A DNA stretch of 64,000 nucleotides from Minisyncoccia bacterium. Its GTDB lineage: Bacteria > Patescibacteriota > Minisyncoccia > Phycocordibacterales > UBA918. The position numbers and the translations under genes are program-made. The stretch lies in contig JBGSYZ010000017.1 of NCBI GenBank assembly GCA_041750655.1, positions 4,142 through 68,141 on the forward strand, written 5' to 3'. How positions within the stretch are numbered: position 1 is the first letter of the stretch; each line of letters starts with the position of its first letter. Below the pieces are notes generated by a model, which saw nothing but the letters and a program-made list of their open reading frames with translations, searched no databases and was not told the origin of the DNA. Shown here in pieces: positions 51,443-60,148 of this stretch.

Positions 51443-53389
51443 TTATTTCTTCACTACCTCAAAATCCAACCGTCGTTCCTCTAAATCAGCATTTACAAGT
51501 TTGACGCGTATCGGGTCACCGAGCCTAAAAGATTTTTTGGTTCGCTGGCCTTTAACCGAGTAGGTACTTGGTTCAAAGTCGTAGTAATCGCCAGAAAGGT
51601 TACTCATAGAGATGAGGCCTTCGGCTTTTGATTCTTTTTCTTCCACGAAGATACCAAACTTTGTGACGCCAGAAATAATAGCATCAAATTCCTGACCAAC
51701 TTTATCGAGCATGTATTCAACTTGTTTGAATTTAATAGAGTCACGTTCGGCCGAGACCGCTTCCATTTCTCGTTGTGAAGATTGCACAGCGAGCATTTCA
51801 TTTTTAGATGCTTCCTTGGCAGCAATCGGTGAACCATCGAGGTGACGGCGTAGTAATCGGTGAGCCATTAAGTCTGGATACCGACGGATTGGGGAAGTGA
51901 AATGAGTGTAGTGTTTGAAAGCTAGTCCAAAGTGGCCAATATTGTTGGTTGAGTAAATCGCTTTAGCCATCGAACGAATGGCTGAGGTTTTGATAAGGTT
52001 TTCTTCCGGCTTACCTTCTACAGAGGCCAAGAGCGCGTTGATATCCGCCGCTTTCACTACTCCTTGGGTGTTTTTTAAATCATACCCAAGGGCGTGCAAG
52101 AAAATTGACAGTTCGTCGATTTTTTCCGGATTCGGGATGTCGTGAATACGATAGATAAACGGCAGTTTTTTATGATTCTTGTTGGCGAGTTTGTAGATAT
52201 ATTCGGCGACCCGCATGTTAGCCAAGAGCATGTAGTCCTCAATCATGAGCATTGTTTCGGTACGATGTTTGGCGTAGACACGAATTGGTTTTTTGTTCTC
52301 ATCGAGTTCAAACTTTACTTCTGGTTGTTCAAAGGCAATGGCACCATTTTTGAATCGCTTCTTTCGAATCTTACGACCAATGGTCATCATAGTTTGTAAT
52401 TCTTCTAGATGAGGGCCGTTTTCAGTATCCAACACTTCCTGGGCCTCTTCATATGAAAAACGTTTGTCCGAGTGGATAATGGTCTGACCAAACCACTCAT
52501 TTTGGACGTGTCCGTCTTGATCTAATTCAAATACCGCTGAAAAAGACAGCCGGTCTTCGTTCGGGCGTAGGGAACAGAGGTCATTACTAAGTACCTCAGG
52601 CAGCATCGGGATTACTCGGTCTACCAAGTACACCGAAGTTCCTCGGGCTTGAGCCTCTTTATCGATAGCACTCCCTTCCCGGACATAATGTGATACATCA
52701 GCGATATGAATACCGACTTCGACATTTCCGTTGGGTAACGTTTGGAAAGATAGCGCGTCGTCGAAATCCTTCGCGTCGGCCGGGTCAATGGTCATAGTGG
52801 TGATACCCCGAAAATCTTTACGCTTGGGGTCAGCAATAGCGTCTTTGAAAATTTGTTCTTTGGTTTTATATAGTTCCTCAGCCGCTTGTTGAACTTGCGG
52901 AGGGAAGTCTGTACTAAAATTACCGCTACGTAAAATGGCTTGCATCTCGGTCTCGTGGTCACCAGCTTTACCGAGAGTTTCAATTATTTCTCCAATCGGG
53001 TTATCAGACTGAGGATTTTTCCAGGCCTTGATAGTAACCACCACTTTCATACCCAAATCAGCTTCAGTCGCTTCCGACAATACTGGACGAATATACATTC
53101 GTCGATTGTCGGGGGAAAGATATTTCAACAGCTTTCCGTCGATATCTTTTTCTTTCACTGTGCCGATGAACTCGGCATTGGCTGGTTTGAGGATTTGGGT
53201 CACCTTACCTTCAGGCTTTTCGCCGGGCTTGGTTTTAGTTACTTCCACTTCCACCATGTCACCATCCAATGCGAAGTTAAGCGCTTCGCGGGGAATGACT
53301 ATATCCATCTCCTGATTTGGCACTGCTAAAAAACCCGTACCTTTGCCACGGACCTGGATAATGCCGGAATGAATTGCATTTTTTTGCAT
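51443..53389 (-). CDS. rnr: Ribonuclease R
   Basis: TIDPADAKDFDDA, VHIADV-like, HFTSPIRRYPDL, C-terminal S1. Confidence 0.95.
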   Translation of the reverse strand: MQKNAIHSGIIQVRGKGTGFLAVPNQEMDIVIPREALNFALDGDMVEVEVTKTKPGEKPEGKVTQILKPANAEFIGTVKEKDIDGKLLKYLSPDNRRMYIRPVLSEATEADLGMKVVVTIKAWKNPQSDNPIGEIIETLGKAGDHETEMQAILRSGNFSTDFPPQVQQAAEELYKTKEQIFKDAIADPKRKDFRGITTMTIDPADAKDFDDALSFQTLPNGNVEVGIHIADVSHYVREGSAIDKEAQARGTSVYLVDRVIPMLPEVLSNDLCSLRPNEDRLSFSAVFELDQDGHVQNEWFGQTIIHSDKRFSYEEAQEVLDTENGPHLEELQTMMTIGRKIRKKRFKNGAIAFEQPEVKFELDENKKPIRVYAKHRTETMLMIEDYMLLANMRVAEYIYKLANKNHKKLPFIYRIHDIPNPEKIDELSIFLHALGYDLKNTQGVVKAADINALLASVEGKPEENLIKTSAIRSMAKAIYSTNNIGHFGLAFKHYTHFTSPIRRYPDLMAHRLLRRHLDGSPIAAKEASKNEMLAVQSSQREMEAVSAERDSIKFKQVEYMLDKVGQEFDAIISGVTKFGIFVEEKESKAEGLISMSNLSGDYYDFEPSTYSVKGQRTKKSFRLGDPIRVKLVNADLEERRLDFEVVKK

Positions 53390-53459
53390 ACTGGTCGCCT
53401 GTACTCTAGCATGTGTGTAACTCGAGGGCTATAGCACTTACCCTTGTGTATACTGAGGT

Positions 53460-53625
53460 AAATAAGAGCTCTTTACATCGGTCGAGCTCTTTCTTAATTT
53501 CCTAATTTCGAACAATCAGGCGGTCCAAATCGGGACTCTATCGGCAGAGGTAGTGAAAACTGCCACCAAAGCGGCGCAGACCGCACAAGGGCCGTCACCT
53601 TTCCTCCCTGGGGTGACGGCCTATA
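53460..53625 (+). ncRNA. Candidate small structured RNA
   Basis: TGTATACT -10 at 53447-53454, GCGGTC/GACCGC stem, GAAA-capped hairpin, closing hairpin GGCCGTCACC/GGTGACGGCC; no ORF. Confidence 0.45.
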
Positions 53626-53666
53626 ACTTTGTTTACAAAAATCAAAACTAGGTGTATTGTCGCTGT

Positions 53667-53810
53667 AGTGCCGTGCAGTGATCCAGCATGGTCAGGGCGG
53701 CCAGCCTGTTTGAGTTTCTGCTAGCGAGTGAGGCTCCCCCTCAGATGGCAAGTTTCACATGGGGCTGGCCGCCCGTCGATCCTTCGCCGCGTTTCGTACG
53801 CGGCTTTTTC
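53667..53810 (+). ncRNA. Candidate 6S-like / unknown small RNA
   Basis: TTTACA-17-TATTGT promoter, 12-bp GGGCGGCCAGCC stem with long irregular hairpin, GCCGCG/CGCGGC-TTTTT terminator. Confidence 0.6.
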
Positions 53811-53811
53811 C

Positions 53812-53840
53812 TTGCCTTACATACATTTATATAGTATTGT
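53812..53840 (+). promoter_or_regulatory. Promoter of rpsP (near-leaderless)
   Basis: TTGCCT-17 bp-TATTGT, ATG 9 nt downstream. Confidence 0.65.
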
Positions 53841-53849
53841 TGCGCGCGT

Positions 53850-54299
53850 ATGTTAATGATGAGATTACAACGAGTCGGCCGCAAAAACGATCCTAGTTAT
53901 CGTGTTGTTGTCGTCGATAAGCGAACTGGTCCGAAAAGCAACAAAAACATCGACATTCTTGGGTCATATAATCCAAAGATGGGTCAGGTGCAGATTAATG
54001 CTCTAAAGGCAACAGATTGGCTATCAAAGGGTGTGCAGCCTTCAGATACCGTGCACAATATTCTCGTCGCTCAAAAAGTGATAGAGGGCAAAAAAAGAAA
54101 CGCTCTCCCTAAAAAGTCACCGATTGTAGACGAAGAAGCTATTAAGAAAGCGGAAGAAGAGGCTAAAGCCAAAGAAGAAAAGGCCGCAGCTGACGCCGAA
54201 GCCGCGAAAGTCGCAGCTGAAGCTCCGACTGAAGAAGTGGCACCGGTCACTGAAGCTCCGTCTACAGATGAAGCTTCGGCAGCTGAGAAAGAAGCATAA
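53850..54299 (+). CDS. rpsP: 30S ribosomal protein S16 with Ala/Glu tail
   Basis: RLQRVG...YRVVV...GSYNP...GVQPSDTV. Confidence 0.96.
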   Translation: MLMMRLQRVGRKNDPSYRVVVVDKRTGPKSNKNIDILGSYNPKMGQVQINALKATDWLSKGVQPSDTVHNILVAQKVIEGKKRNALPKKSPIVDEEAIKKAEEEAKAKEEKAAADAEAAKVAAEAPTEEVAPVTEAPSTDEASAAEKEA

Positions 54300-54511
54300 G
54301 GAGTGTAACGACTATATGCCCCTTTCGTTCCGAATCTGCTCCTTTCCTAGAGCAGATTCCTGGAACTTCCCAAAAAACATCAAGACAATATCTTGGTGTT
54401 TTTTGTTTGTAAGTCAGTTTACAACTGACTAAGTTTCTCGTACCATATATAGTAGTACGATACTGTTCACAGTTATCGGACGCTAATAACAGATAAGATC
54501 TCACTATTCCT

Positions 54512-54865
54512 ATGGAAACGCATGAAGACCAGCAGTTTTTGGAGACAGTTGTAAAAGCACTTGTCGACCATCCGGATGCAGTCAAAATTAACCGCACGGT
54601 AGACGAGATGGGCGTACTCCTAACCTTAGACGTACACGCTGAAGATATGGGTAAAATTATCGGTCGTAGTGGTAACACTGCTAAGGCGGTTCGAACCTTG
54701 CTACGGGTAGTTGGTATGAAGAATGATGCTCGCGTAAACCTAAAGATTAACGAACCAGAGGGTGGCCGCGGCCCAATGCCGAGAGAAGAAATGAATGCTG
54801 GGGTGGAGGATCAATCGAATGAACCAAAAGACCTAGATCAAGCCATCGACGACCTCAAGATATAG
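54512..54865 (+). CDS. khpA: KH-domain RNA-binding protein KhpA/YlqC
   Basis: LVDHP, DMGKIIGRSG; canonical position after rpsP. Confidence 0.9.
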   Translation: METHEDQQFLETVVKALVDHPDAVKINRTVDEMGVLLTLDVHAEDMGKIIGRSGNTAKAVRTLLRVVGMKNDARVNLKINEPEGGRGPMPREEMNAGVEDQSNEPKDLDQAIDDLKI

Positions 54866-54930
54866 ACTGGAAAATTTCTTTGTATAAGTTTATACAAATT
54901 TTGTTCGTATCACTTATTTGTCAGACTACG

Positions 54931-54976
54931 AAAAAAGACCCTCACTGGACTATTGTCCCACTCGGGTCTTTTTTTT
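54931..54976 (+). terminator. Terminator after khpA
   Basis: AAAAAAGACCC...GGGTCTTTTTTTT. Confidence 0.75.
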
Positions 54977-55109
54977 CTTGTCTTTCGCGAACTTTCCTCA
55001 GTCTCTATCTTGAGGTTATGTAAACTCATCCAATTTAAGATTTTGAAATTAACTGTAATGAAAAAGCGCAAACCTTTGGTCCGCGCTTTCTCTATGCTAG
55101 TATTTCAAA

Positions 55110-55541
55110 ATGAAAAAAGGAGTTGATTTTACAGGAATAGTTGTTTGTAATCTCTGTCACGACGGTCAAGGAGAATATGTTCTTGGTTTCCGTAGTGATA
55201 AATGTCGAGATGAACATTTTACTTGGGAGCCGACCGGTTCAGGTGGTTTAAAATTTGGAGAAGAAATTGAATCTGCTGTTAAAAGAGAAGTCCTCGAAGA
55301 ACTCGGAACGGAAGCCCAAGCAATTGATTTTATTGGTGTTCATGAGGCTTTTAGAGAGGATGGTGGTCAAAAAACACATTGGCTTTATATTGTAAATAAG
55401 GTTCAGATTGATAAAAATGAAGTCAAGATAACTGAGCCAGATAAGTGTATTAAACTTGAGTGGTTTCAAGTTGAAAATTTTCCTCAACCGTTAATGTCAC
55501 AATTTCCGCCAATTTTAGAAAAATTTAAAGATAAACTCTAA
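55110..55541 (+). CDS. NUDIX hydrolase
   Basis: GGLKFGEEIESAVKREVLEELG Nudix box. Confidence 0.9.
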   Translation: MKKGVDFTGIVVCNLCHDGQGEYVLGFRSDKCRDEHFTWEPTGSGGLKFGEEIESAVKREVLEELGTEAQAIDFIGVHEAFREDGGQKTHWLYIVNKVQIDKNEVKITEPDKCIKLEWFQVENFPQPLMSQFPPILEKFKDKL

Positions 55542-56212
55542 TGAACTTCCACGTCATAACTTTATTCCCAGATGTTTGCCAAGCGTATACGGACGCGAGT
55601 GTGCTTGGTCGTGCTCAAAAGACTGATAAAGGGAAGGGAGCGAAGGTGCGGGGGAAGAAGATTTCCGTGCAGTACTACAATCCGCGCGATTTCTCTAAAA
55701 ATAAACACAAGAAAGTGGACGATCGTCCGTACGGTGGTGGGCCAGGCATGGTGATGACGGCTGAGCCGATCCTCAAAGCGTGGCAGAAGGCGATAGGACG
55801 GAAAGACCAGAAGAAAGTGAAGACGCTGATTATGTCGCCACGGGGGAAACATTTCACTAATAAGCTCGCCAAAGATTATGTTAAAAAATACGACCACCTA
55901 GTTCTTATCAGCGGTCGTTACGAAGGGATTGATCACCGAGTGAATAAAATATTGAAAGCAGAGGAGGTAAGTGTAGGGGATTATGTGTTAACCGGTGGCG
56001 AACTACCAGCATTAGCGATCATTGATGCGACAGCGAGACAAATACCCGGTGTGCTGGGCGCGATTGACTCACTTGAGGATGATAAAGATTATTCTGGTGA
56101 ATGTTACACTCGTCCAGAGGTTTTGGAATATAAAAAGAAGAAATACAAAGTTCCGCCTGTTTTTACTTCTGGTAACCATAAAGATATTGAAATGCGGCGT
56201 GGTAAGAAATAA
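55541..56212 (+). CDS. trmD: tRNA (guanine-N1)-methyltransferase
   Basis: VDDRPYGGGPGMV, GRYEGID, GDYVLTGGE, SGNH. Confidence 0.97.
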   Translation: MNFHVITLFPDVCQAYTDASVLGRAQKTDKGKGAKVRGKKISVQYYNPRDFSKNKHKKVDDRPYGGGPGMVMTAEPILKAWQKAIGRKDQKKVKTLIMSPRGKHFTNKLAKDYVKKYDHLVLISGRYEGIDHRVNKILKAEEVSVGDYVLTGGELPALAIIDATARQIPGVLGAIDSLEDDKDYSGECYTRPEVLEYKKKKYKVPPVFTSGNHKDIEMRRGKK

Positions 56213-56250
56213 TTAAGCCGGGCGCAATTTACGCCCGACTTCAAGGTTTG

Positions 56251-56607
56251 TCAGTACTTTGGTTTTGTTGACCAAGGGAAAATTAGTTCTGGTATATGCT
56301 TCTGTATATGTCCTTCAGGAAATACTTTGCTGAGCATTAGTTCAAGACCAGAATACGATTCTCCATCAGAACATAGGACAATATGGCCAACAGCCATGGG
56401 ATGAAGGCGTCGCCAAGCCAACATAGCTTTTTCAATTGAATCGAGATCATCAAGGTTAGTATAGTCCGTTTGACGCACCCCGTTCTCGTTGGCTGTTTTA
56501 AGTCTCCAACATTGACTTTCTTTGATTTTTCTAAGGCAGGTCAAGGGTAGGCCGTGGGGGACTTGGTCAATAATGACGTCGGTGGTGTATAGTGTCGGTA
56601 ACTCCAT
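56251..56607 (-). CDS. Orphan protein
   Basis: 118 aa, AGGAG SD, TTGACT upstream, hairpin at 56218-56239 downstream. Confidence 0.7.
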   Translation of the reverse strand: MELPTLYTTDVIIDQVPHGLPLTCLRKIKESQCWRLKTANENGVRQTDYTNLDDLDSIEKAMLAWRRLHPMAVGHIVLCSDGESYSGLELMLSKVFPEGHIQKHIPELIFPWSTKPKY

Positions 56608-56683
56608 TATTCTTTTCTCCTAAAACAATCTGCAACTATATAACAATGAATACTTAAAAAAGTCAACAATCCCCGCCTAAAAT

Positions 56684-56711
56684 TTGCATATTTTGGTACA
56701 TACTGTATAAT
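56684..56711 (+). promoter_or_regulatory. Promoter of rpoBC
   Basis: TTGCAT-16 bp-TATAAT. Confidence 0.75.
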
Positions 56712-56924
56712 CGCGCGCATACGAAAGTGCAATCTCGATTGAGTTTTGGTGGGGAGATTTTCATAAACGTTGTAAAATAAGGACAATATTTAGAGAGGTA
56801 TTGTTTTTTTATTCACGTCAGTGATGTTTTTAATAACCAAATAACAGGGCCAATACAGCGAAAATTAACGCCAATGCGGGATTTTTGTGTGCTGTGTTAT
56901 TTCTAATTGCTTGTAGTAACAACT

Positions 56925-59900
56925 ATGTCAAAAACAAACCGCGACGAACATACTTCAGTTGGTATGTTGCCGAAGAAGACGTGGAGTCGATACAAAAAGC
57001 CGCTGGTAGACCTACCAGACTTAATCGAACCACAACGCGAATCATTTAAATGGTTTGTGGAAGAGGGTCTTCAAACTATTTTTAAAGAATTCTCACCAAT
57101 CACTGACTACTCAGAGAAGAAGTTTGAGATGAAGTTCAAAAAATATGAACTATCTCCACCAAAAACTACTCCTGAGTTTGCTAAAGAAAATAAGCTCACG
57201 TACGAGGCTTCACTACGCGCTAGTGTTGAGCTCAACAACCTAACCTTCGGCGGCAAAAAAGAACAAGAAATTTTCTTGGCTGACATCCCAGTGATGACCG
57301 ATAACGGTACCTTCATCATCAATGGTGTGGAGCGTATTATTGTGCCGCAGCTCGCTCGTTCGTACGGTATCTTCTTTACTTCCCAAGAACTAAAAGGCAA
57401 GACGTACTTTGGTGCCAAAATCATTCCAGCTCGCGGAGCGTGGGTAGAAATTGAGTCTGAAGCAGACGGTGTTATCTACGTAAAGATTGATCGCAAGCGC
57501 AAATTCCCAATGTCCTCTCTCTTACGTGTCTTTGGTGTAGAAACTGAAAAAGACATGCTTAAGCTTTTCAAAGACGTACCACACGCCGAAAAGCACATCA
57601 TTGCCACCCTTGAAAAAGACCCAGCCAAAACCACTGATGAATCGTACATCGAAATCTACAAGCGACTTCGAGATGGTGATTTGGCGACTGTCGATAACGC
57701 GAAAGAATTCGTTAACTCTATTTTTGCCCCAGAACGATACGACCTTTCTGAAATCGGTCGTCATCATTTTAACGAGCGATTTGACCTCGGTACTAAGAAG
57801 AAAGATACTGATATTCGAACGGTCGGTCTCAGTGACCTGAAACTTATTTTCTCAACCATTCTTGAGAAAAACTACGAACCAGGCGCAGTAGCCGATGATA
57901 TTGACCACCTTGGTTTTCGTCGCATTCGTTACTTTGGTGAAATGGCTATTCAACGAGTGCGAGTTGGTATGACTCGCATGAAGCGAAACATTCAGGACCG
58001 CATGAGTACTATTGAGGCCGAGACTTCGTTGCCGATGCAACTGCTTAACCCACGACCACTCCAAGCGGCTATCAAAGAATTTTTCACCACCAACCAGCTG
58101 TCACAATTTGCTCCCCAACAAAACAACCTGTACGAGCTCGAACAACTTCGGACAGTGTCAGCGCTCGGTCCCGGTGGTCTTACTCGTGAACGAGCTGGTT
58201 TTGAAGTACGTGACGTGCACACTTCTCACTACGGACGTCTGTGTCCAATCCACACTCCAGAAGGACCAAACATTGGTTTGATTCTTCGTTTGGCTATGTA
58301 CGCTCGCGTGAACCGTTTTGGTATCATCGAAACTCCGTACGTAAAGGTAGAAAAGGGAGTGCTAACAGGTGAAATTGTGTACTTTAACGCTCATGAAGAA
58401 GAGAAGCACAACATTGCTCACGGGGCGACACCGGTAGATGATAAAGGAAAAATCACGGTTGATTTTGTTGAAGTACGACGAGCAGGTAATCCACGCTCAA
58501 TTCCAAAGAAGGACGTTGAGTACATGGACATTGCTACCAACCAAGCGTTCTCAGTGGCGACATCAATGATTCCTTTCCTTAACCACGATGACGCTAACCG
58601 AGCGCTCATGGGTAGTAACATGCAGAAGCAGGCTACTCCCTGCATTGTGCCAGACGCTCCACTAGTAGGAACTGGAATTGAAGAAATGGCGGCTCGTGAT
58701 ACGGGACGAATTATCTTTGCTAAAGAAGCCTGTGAAGTACTAGAAGCTGACGCTAAGAAGGTGGTGGTAAAGAACAAGGATGGCAAGAAACACACTTACA
58801 ACTTGGTAACCTACCAACGCACCAACGACTTTTCAGCGTTCTATCACCGCTGTTCTGTGTCTGTGGGACAAAAGCTAAAGCGTGGCGATCTTATCGCTGA
58901 CTCTAGTTCAACCGACAATGGTCAGATAGCGGTGGGTCAAAACGCTCGCGTAGCTTTCATGAGTTGGAACGGTGCTAACTACGAAGACGCTATTATCATT
59001 TCTGAAAAATTGGTTAAGCAAAGCAAGTTTGCAACGATTCACATGGATGAGCTGGATGTGTCAGTGCGTGATACTAAGTTAGGTCCAGAAGTAACCACTC
59101 CAGATATTCCAAACGTATCAGAACTCAAACTCCGAAACCTCGACGAAAACGGAATCATTCGCATCGGCGCTGAAGTGCGACCAGGTGACATCTTGGTTGG
59201 TAAAGTAACTCCAAAAGGTGAGACCCAACTGACGCCAGAAGAGCGACTGCTCCGTTCCATCTTTGGTGAAAAAGCGAAAGACGTTAAAGATACATCATTG
59301 CGTCTTGAAGCGGGGAAACGCGGTCGGGTGATTGGGGTAAAAATCTTTTCTCGAGAAAACGGCGACAATTTAGATAGCGGTGTTATCAAGAAGATTCACA
59401 TTACCGTGGCTCAAGTACGTAACGTGTCAGTCGGAGACAAACTCGCTGGTCGTCACGGTAACAAGGGTGTTATCTCGCGTATTCTTCCGGAAGAAGACAT
59501 GCCGTACGATGCCGATGGCAAGCCGGTTGATGTAATTCTTACTCCACTGGGTGTACCGTCTCGTATGAACTTGGGACAGATTCTTGAGCTTCACCTTGGC
59601 ATGGCTGCCAACACACTTGGTTATCAAGCGATTGTGCCACCATTTGCGGGAGCGACAGAAGATGAAGTTAAAGATGAATTGGAGGCGGCTGGATTACAGC
59701 GCGACGGCAAGATGTGGCTACGAGATGGTCGTACAGGTGAAACCTTTGCTCAGCAAGTAGCGGTGGGATACATGTACATTCTTAAGCTTCACCACATGGT
59801 GGAAGACAAGATTCACATGCGTTCAATTGGACCGTACTCGCTTATTACCCAGCAGCCACTTGGTGGTAAGGCTCAAGTCGGAGGACAGCGTTTCGGGGAA

Positions 59901-60125
59901 ATGGAAGTGTGGGCTCTCCTTGGATATGGAGCAGCCTATACACTTCGTGAAATGCTCACCATAAAGTCTGACGATATTGTTGGACGAAGTGCTGCTTTCG
60001 ACGCTATTGTGCGCGGTGAAAGAATTCAACACCCACACACACCGGCTGCCTTCAACGTTCTTCTGAATCAACTTCGAGGTCTTTCTTTGGACGTCAAACT
60101 CGATATTAACGACGACATTATTTAA
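56925..60125 (+). CDS. rpoB: RNA polymerase beta subunit
   Basis: GTFIINGVER, TPEGPNIG, GSNMQKQA, GRHGNKG, GGQRFGEME. Confidence 0.98.
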   Translation: MSKTNRDEHTSVGMLPKKTWSRYKKPLVDLPDLIEPQRESFKWFVEEGLQTIFKEFSPITDYSEKKFEMKFKKYELSPPKTTPEFAKENKLTYEASLRASVELNNLTFGGKKEQEIFLADIPVMTDNGTFIINGVERIIVPQLARSYGIFFTSQELKGKTYFGAKIIPARGAWVEIESEADGVIYVKIDRKRKFPMSSLLRVFGVETEKDMLKLFKDVPHAEKHIIATLEKDPAKTTDESYIEIYKRLRDGDLATVDNAKEFVNSIFAPERYDLSEIGRHHFNERFDLGTKKKDTDIRTVGLSDLKLIFSTILEKNYEPGAVADDIDHLGFRRIRYFGEMAIQRVRVGMTRMKRNIQDRMSTIEAETSLPMQLLNPRPLQAAIKEFFTTNQLSQFAPQQNNLYELEQLRTVSALGPGGLTRERAGFEVRDVHTSHYGRLCPIHTPEGPNIGLILRLAMYARVNRFGIIETPYVKVEKGVLTGEIVYFNAHEEEKHNIAHGATPVDDKGKITVDFVEVRRAGNPRSIPKKDVEYMDIATNQAFSVATSMIPFLNHDDANRALMGSNMQKQATPCIVPDAPLVGTGIEEMAARDTGRIIFAKEACEVLEADAKKVVVKNKDGKKHTYNLVTYQRTNDFSAFYHRCSVSVGQKLKRGDLIADSSSTDNGQIAVGQNARVAFMSWNGANYEDAIIISEKLVKQSKFATIHMDELDVSVRDTKLGPEVTTPDIPNVSELKLRNLDENGIIRIGAEVRPGDILVGKVTPKGETQLTPEERLLRSIFGEKAKDVKDTSLRLEAGKRGRVIGVKIFSRENGDNLDSGVIKKIHITVAQVRNVSVGDKLAGRHGNKGVISRILPEEDMPYDADGKPVDVILTPLGVPSRMNLGQILELHLGMAANTLGYQAIVPPFAGATEDEVKDELEAAGLQRDGKMWLRDGRTGETFAQQVAVGYMYILKLHHMVEDKIHMRSIGPYSLITQQPLGGKAQVGGQRFGEMEVWALLGYGAAYTLREMLTIKSDDIVGRSAAFDAIVRGERIQHPHTPAAFNVLLNQLRGLSLDVKLDINDDII

Positions 60126-60148
60126 TAGCCAGCTAATAAAAAACTACT

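Noticed and set aside
54300-54410. Hairpins between rpsP and khpA
   Set aside because: Adequately explained as terminator/processing stems
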